From Chitinophagales bacterium (GTDB lineage Bacteria; Bacteroidota; Bacteroidia; Chitinophagales; JADJOU01): a DNA stretch of 32,235 nucleotides. Under the pieces are notes generated by a model. The model worked only from the letters and a program-made list of their open reading frames with translations. It was not told where the DNA came from and made no database searches. How positions within the stretch are numbered: position 1 is the stretch's first letter; every line of letters starts with the position of its first letter. The position numbers and the translations under genes were made by a program. The stretch spans positions 1-32,235 of the forward strand of contig JBIPPG010000003.1 of assembly GCA_044368545.1 (NCBI GenBank), given 5' to 3'. Of the stretch, positions 28,209-32,235 are shown piece after piece.

Positions 28209-29048
28209 TTATTTTGTATTTAAGGGTTTGATTAAATTATTATTTAATTCTATATGTTCATTTTCTTCTATAAAATTAACGAAGTAATATACATTATTAT
28301 CTAATATTTCCGATTCTTCAAATGAATTATATAAATAATCTGTAAACATAGATTGAATTATATCAGGATTTGAATATTGTTTTTCTGAAAATGGTTGCGT
28401 TTCGTATATAAATAATTGATTATCTCTAAAACGAACTCTCAAATAATCGTCTTTCAAAGCATTTAATAAAAGATAATTATCATTATACAGAATCTTAATA
28501 TCATTTATTTTATCGAATTGATAAATGGCATAAGATTTATTTATTATAAAATTGCTAATTTGTTTATTAAAATCGACTTTATAATGAGCATTTGAAAGTT
28601 TAAAAGATGGATTATCTTTACTTATATAAAACTCAAAATAATTTTGATTATTTTTTGAGTTAAAATGCCACAAATTATTAAAATTAAATATAGGGAAAAA
28701 AGAACGAAACGAAGATAATTTACAAGAAACTCTTATTTCATTTTTTTTCTTTTGATCCTTGTTATATCCCATATATGCTAAAAAAGGATTTAAAAGTCCT
28801 GGTTTGAAATGAAAATTAACTTTTTCACCATCTATGGTATACTTACCATAAACAAATGTTTTTTTAAGTGAAGTAGTTGAAACAAAATAAAAATTATTAT
28901 CTTCAAGAAAAACAAATTTATAATTGCTTGTAGCAACATCCAAATTATATATTCCCGAAATATTAGGTATCTCCTGCTCTACTGCTTCATCTTGAGCAAT
29001 AAGATTTAATTGATTTATTAACAATAAAATTAAAAATATTTTTTTCAT
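28209..29048 (-). CDS. Hypothetical secreted protein
   Basis: 279-aa ORF with signal peptide MKKIFLILLLINQLNLIAQ; no recognised domain. Confidence 0.65.
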   Translation of the reverse strand: MKKIFLILLLINQLNLIAQDEAVEQEIPNISGIYNLDVATSNYKFVFLEDNNFYFVSTTSLKKTFVYGKYTIDGEKVNFHFKPGLLNPFLAYMGYNKDQKKKNEIRVSCKLSSFRSFFPIFNFNNLWHFNSKNNQNYFEFYISKDNPSFKLSNAHYKVDFNKQISNFIINKSYAIYQFDKINDIKILYNDNYLLLNALKDDYLRVRFRDNQLFIYETQPFSEKQYSNPDIIQSMFTDYLYNSFEESEILDNNVYYFVNFIEENEHIELNNNLIKPLNTK

Positions 29049-29061
29049 TTCTTTTTATTAA

Positions 29062-29077
29062 TGTTCCACGTGGAACT
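29062..29077. other. parS centromere site (15/16 match)
   Basis: TGTTCCACGTGGAACT versus consensus TGTTNCACGTGAAACA / TGTTCCACGTGGAACA. Confidence 0.85.
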
Positions 29078-29091
29078 TCAAAAGGTTATAT

Positions 29092-29553
29092 TTACACTGT
29101 TCCACGTGGAACATAATTATTTAAATAATTTAAAAACATATTCTCTTCATTTCTTATTTCCTCAATTTCTTCATCTGTAGAATCATTATATCCTATTAAA
29201 TGCAAAAAACCGTGAATAATTACTCTATATAATTCATTCACTAAAGTAGAATTATATTCAATACTATTCTCTTTAATTTTTGATAAAGATAAATAAAAGT
29301 TACCAAAAAGTTTTGATTCTTCTAAAGATAAATCAAAACTTAGAATATCAGTATCGTAATTATGATCTAACGAATCAATATTGAGCTTAATCATATCATC
29401 AGATGAAATAAATGAATATTCTAGATATATAGATTCAAAATTTAAATTTAAAGAATCAATATAATTGTTTATAATATCAATATCTATTGTATTAATAATA
29501 GAATCAATATTTGTATCTTCTGAATTATTATAAAAAACTATATCAATATCCAT
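29092..29553 (-). CDS. ybeY: rRNA maturation RNase YbeY
   Basis: HNYDTDILSF and RVIIHGFLHLIGYND metal-binding motif. Confidence 0.92.
   Translation of the reverse strand: MDIDIVFYNNSEDTNIDSIINTIDIDIINNYIDSLNLNFESIYLEYSFISSDDMIKLNIDSLDHNYDTDILSFDLSLEESKLFGNFYLSLSKIKENSIEYNSTLVNELYRVIIHGFLHLIGYNDSTDEEIEEIRNEENMFLNYLNNYVPRGTV
29098..29113. other. parS centromere site (perfect palindrome)
   Basis: TGTTCCACGTGGAACA, inside the last codons of ybeY. Confidence 0.92.
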
Positions 29554-29558
29554 AACGT

Positions 29559-30311
29559 CTAATTCAATATAACATATTTACCACTACTAGGATCAACAGA
29601 TACTGTAGGTACAATTTTATTCTTTTCAAAAAAATCATATACTTGTTTCAAATTTGACCAAAAAGCTAATAAACTTACATTACTTTTAAAATAATCTAGC
29701 TTTAATTTATTAAAATTATTCAAAGTCAATCTTGTTGGAAATATATGAATTGGTATCATCAACTGACCATTATTTTTCGCTATTGCAGAAATTAAATAAA
29801 TCTCTTTTATCAAATCATCATTCATTGGCAAACAACCTATAGTTTCACACTTTCCGTGTATGTATATATCACCGCCCAATCTTTCAGCTTTTGATAAAAT
29901 CTTATCGCTTTCATTTGGATAATTAAGCTCTAAAGAAAGATAATACTTACTTGCTGGATTGAATGATTTAATCTCATAAACTCCTTCAGGAATTTGTAAA
30001 TCTCCTTCCTTTCTTTTAGGACCCAACTCACCAACTGTAGTACAAATTGGATAAGTAAATACGTGTATAAACTTTTGACTATCAATTGAATAAGCCCATA
30101 ATTCGAGTGTTTTATTCCACTTAAATGCCCTCCAAAAAACTTGTACTTTATTCAACTCAATTTTCTTTAATTTGAATAAACTATCTATTTTATAATATTT
30201 TGAATTATAAGCTTCATTTACTCTAGGATACTGTAATTGATCTTTAACAAAATCTTGAGATTTTAATTTTGCAACAAATAAAAACAATAAAAACAATAAT
30301 CCTTTTTTCAT
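29559..30311 (-). CDS. L,D-transpeptidase family protein (YafK/DpaA-like)
   Basis: GPKRKEGDLQIPEGVY, FNPASKYYLSL..YPN..D, IYIHGKCETIGC catalytic motif. Confidence 0.9.
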   Translation of the reverse strand: MKKGLLFLLFLFVAKLKSQDFVKDQLQYPRVNEAYNSKYYKIDSLFKLKKIELNKVQVFWRAFKWNKTLELWAYSIDSQKFIHVFTYPICTTVGELGPKRKEGDLQIPEGVYEIKSFNPASKYYLSLELNYPNESDKILSKAERLGGDIYIHGKCETIGCLPMNDDLIKEIYLISAIAKNNGQLMIPIHIFPTRLTLNNFNKLKLDYFKSNVSLLAFWSNLKQVYDFFEKNKIVPTVSVDPSSGKYVILN

Positions 30312-30765
30312 AACAAATTATTTTATTTTAGTTTTTGATTCAAACAAGTAATTTATACTTAACTCCTTATCAAAAGCTTTTGCAAATTTAATCCACTTCT
30401 TTTATTATTAAATATATTTTTTTATAAAAAGAAAACTAATAAGTAATAATAATGTGTGTGAATTGGGTAATAACTTTCTTATTTAAACATTGACTTTCTC
30501 ATTTTCAACAAATATTCAATGTTTTTGAACAATCAAATTATTTATAATACATTCATTTTTATATATTTTATAAGTACTAATAATTTTAATGTTAATTCTT
30601 ATTATTGATAACTTTATTTATGTTGATTGTGGATTTGGATAGTATTTTGTGGATTGATTCGTTCATACTATTTCATAACTTTTTTACTTTCTACAATTTT
30701 AGCTGTATTTCTAATGAAATCAACAATTACAAACATTTTATGTTAGTTATTTCTTTATCAATCTT
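30312..30765. other. Candidate replication origin (oriC) region
   Basis: ~450-bp AT-rich gap with degenerate DnaA-box-like words (30502-30510, 30603-30611, 30628-30636, 30648-30656), close to parS and mnmG. Confidence 0.5.
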
Positions 30766-31068
30766 TTATCCAAAAATATTCAATCCTGGTATATTTGGAA
30801 CTACATTTTTTACTACACTTAAGAAATAATTTTGACTTTCGCTTAATGCTTTCTTAGTAGCTTCGTTTACCGCTATTTGTTGTTCATCAAAAGAAAGATT
30901 AGAAAATCCAGCTTGTAATTCAATAGAAAGAATATCTTTTTTTCCATTGCTTTTTACAATTACAGTATCTTTTGAATCTGAAACTGAAAACTCTTTTGTT
31001 TCCAATTCTTCTTTAGCCTTCATAGCTTTATCTTTAATTTCACCAAATTTTGAGAAAATATCAAACAT
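30766..31068 (-). CDS. YbaB/EbfC-family nucleoid-associated protein
   Basis: 100 aa; MFDIFSK..K..L..V.VKSNGKKDILSIEL..IAVNEA..IPGL pattern. Confidence 0.75.
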   Translation of the reverse strand: MFDIFSKFGEIKDKAMKAKEELETKEFSVSDSKDTVIVKSNGKKDILSIELQAGFSNLSFDEQQIAVNEATKKALSESQNYFLSVVKNVVPNIPGLNIFG

Positions 31069-31089
31069 ATAATTTTATTTAAGTTTATG

Positions 31090-31124
31090 CAAATATATAA
31101 ATAAAAAAAAATACATTAAATTTG
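31090..31124. promoter_or_regulatory. Divergent pair of -7 boxes
   Basis: TATATTTG on minus (31090-31097) and TAAATTTG on plus (31117-31124) between divergent genes. Confidence 0.6.
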
Positions 31125-31152
31125 TAAAAATTAATTTATCAACATATTAGAT

Positions 31153-31668
31153 ATGAATCCTATAATATTGGCAGTAAATGGAAAAGAACCAAAGATTACA
31201 AAATCAACTTTTGTAGCGCCCAATGCAACAATAGTGGGCGATGTAGAAATGGGAGAAGAATGTAGTATATGGTTTGGGGCAGTTGTGCGTGGCGATGTTA
31301 ATTTCATCAAAATGGGCAATAAAGTAAATATTCAAGACAATGCTACCATTCACGGAACATACCAAAAAGCGGGCACAACTTTAGGCAATAATGTATCAAT
31401 AGGACATAATGCTTGTGTACACGGATGTACTATACACGATAATGTGCTTATAGGAATGAATGCCGTAGTAATGGACAATACTATAATAGAATCTTATTCA
31501 ATTGTGGCGGCTGGTGCTGTAATTCCCGCTAATACACATATAAAATCAGGAGAATTGTGGGCAGGAGTTCCCGCCAAAAAAATAAAAGATGTTCCTACTT
31601 CGCTCAAAGAAGGCGAAATAGAACGAATTGCAAATAATTATACACTCTACAGTTCTTGGTTTAAATAA
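31153..31668 (+). CDS. Gamma carbonic anhydrase family (hexapeptide repeat) protein
   Basis: FVAPNATIVGDV, SIWFGAVVRGDVN, NIQDNATIH, SIGHNACVHGC. Confidence 0.93.
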   Translation: MNPIILAVNGKEPKITKSTFVAPNATIVGDVEMGEECSIWFGAVVRGDVNFIKMGNKVNIQDNATIHGTYQKAGTTLGNNVSIGHNACVHGCTIHDNVLIGMNAVVMDNTIIESYSIVAAGAVIPANTHIKSGELWAGVPAKKIKDVPTSLKEGEIERIANNYTLYSSWFK

Positions 31669-31674
31669 AAAGAT

Positions 31675-32235
31675 ATGTCAATAAAAGTTTTATTTAAAGA
31701 TACTATAATATATGGAGTTAGTACTATTTTGATGCGTCTATTGAGCTGGATACTTACACCGTATTATACCAATAGATTAAACGGCCCTGTAGAATTGGGA
31801 ATAATTGGAGAATTGTATGCTTATGTAGCCTTTTTTAATATTATATATATGTTTGGGATGGAAACCGCATATTTTAGATTTGTAAAAGATCATAATGAAA
31901 AAGAGGTGTATAATACAGCCCAAAATATAGTATTTTTCGTATCAGCAAGCCTAACAATTCTATTGTTGTTATTAGCAACAACCATTGCTAATGCTATGCA
32001 TTATGAAGGAAAAGAAATTTATATAAGACTTTTTGCTTTTATTTTGTTTTTTGATAATTTAGTAAATATTTCGTTGGCACAATTGCGTCAAAAAGGACAA
32101 TCAAAGAAGTTTGTAACATTAAAAACAATCTATATTTTATGCAATGTAATTCTAAATATCATTTTTGTAGAATTTATCATTAGAGGAAATTTTGAAAATA
32201 TACACAAAGAAGATCAAGTGCTTTGGATAGTGTTG
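31675..32235 (+). CDS. Polysaccharide biosynthesis flippase (Wzx/MATE-like), 3' truncated by window edge
   Basis: MSIKVLFKDTIIYGVSTILMRLLSWILTPYYT..LYAYVAFFNIIYMFGMETAYFRF; not in the ORF track because it runs off the end. Confidence 0.85.
   Translation, partial: MSIKVLFKDTIIYGVSTILMRLLSWILTPYYTNRLNGPVELGIIGELYAYVAFFNIIYMFGMETAYFRFVKDHNEKEVYNTAQNIVFFVSASLTILLLLLATTIANAMHYEGKEIYIRLFAFILFFDNLVNISLAQLRQKGQSKKFVTLKTIYILCNVILNIIFVEFIIRGNFENIHKEDQVLWIVL

Noticed and set aside
309-31319. Short ORFs antisense or out of frame within larger genes (e.g. 309-518, 11094-11411, 21255-21437, 27330-27749, 31131-31319) and 30605-30829
   Set aside because: Shadow frames of well-supported genes or low-complexity AT-rich sequence, with no recognisable motifs.

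Overview
AT-rich Bacteroidota chromosomal window, judged from TAnnTTTG -7 promoter boxes, a MurF-Alr fusion and a T9SS-type C-terminal domain. It probably lies next to the replication origin: mnmG, ybeY, two parS palindromes and an AT-rich gap with DnaA-box-like words occur at about 29-31 kb. The left part holds an accessory island at tRNA-Asn(GTT), and this contains the most striking signal. Two ~100-aa GIY-YIG nuclease genes have C-termini encoded by copies of the tRNA D-arm. Three defective tRNA-Asn copies carry four sites where a 10-nt segment in a G|C-N8-G|T context is replaced by a 16-nt TCCCG-N6-CGG(G/A)A hairpin. Between the two nuclease genes is a self-contained module: ECF sigma, membrane TPR anti-sigma, lipoprotein CHAT protease and two exported proteins, with one promoter-like motif in front of the sigma gene and both exported-protein genes. 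An Mrr nuclease follows. Further right, icmF (isobutyryl-CoA mutase-MeaB fusion) is split at its linker by a toxin-antitoxin-like pair. It is followed by a decayed parDE pair and a wHTH-PRTase gene bracketed by GTTTAC-W-GTAAAC palindromes. The rest is mostly housekeeping (PfkB kinase, sucC, LolD-like ATPase, murF-alr, L,D-transpeptidase, YbaB, gamma-CA, flippase). All calls are from reading motifs by eye; no database searches were run.
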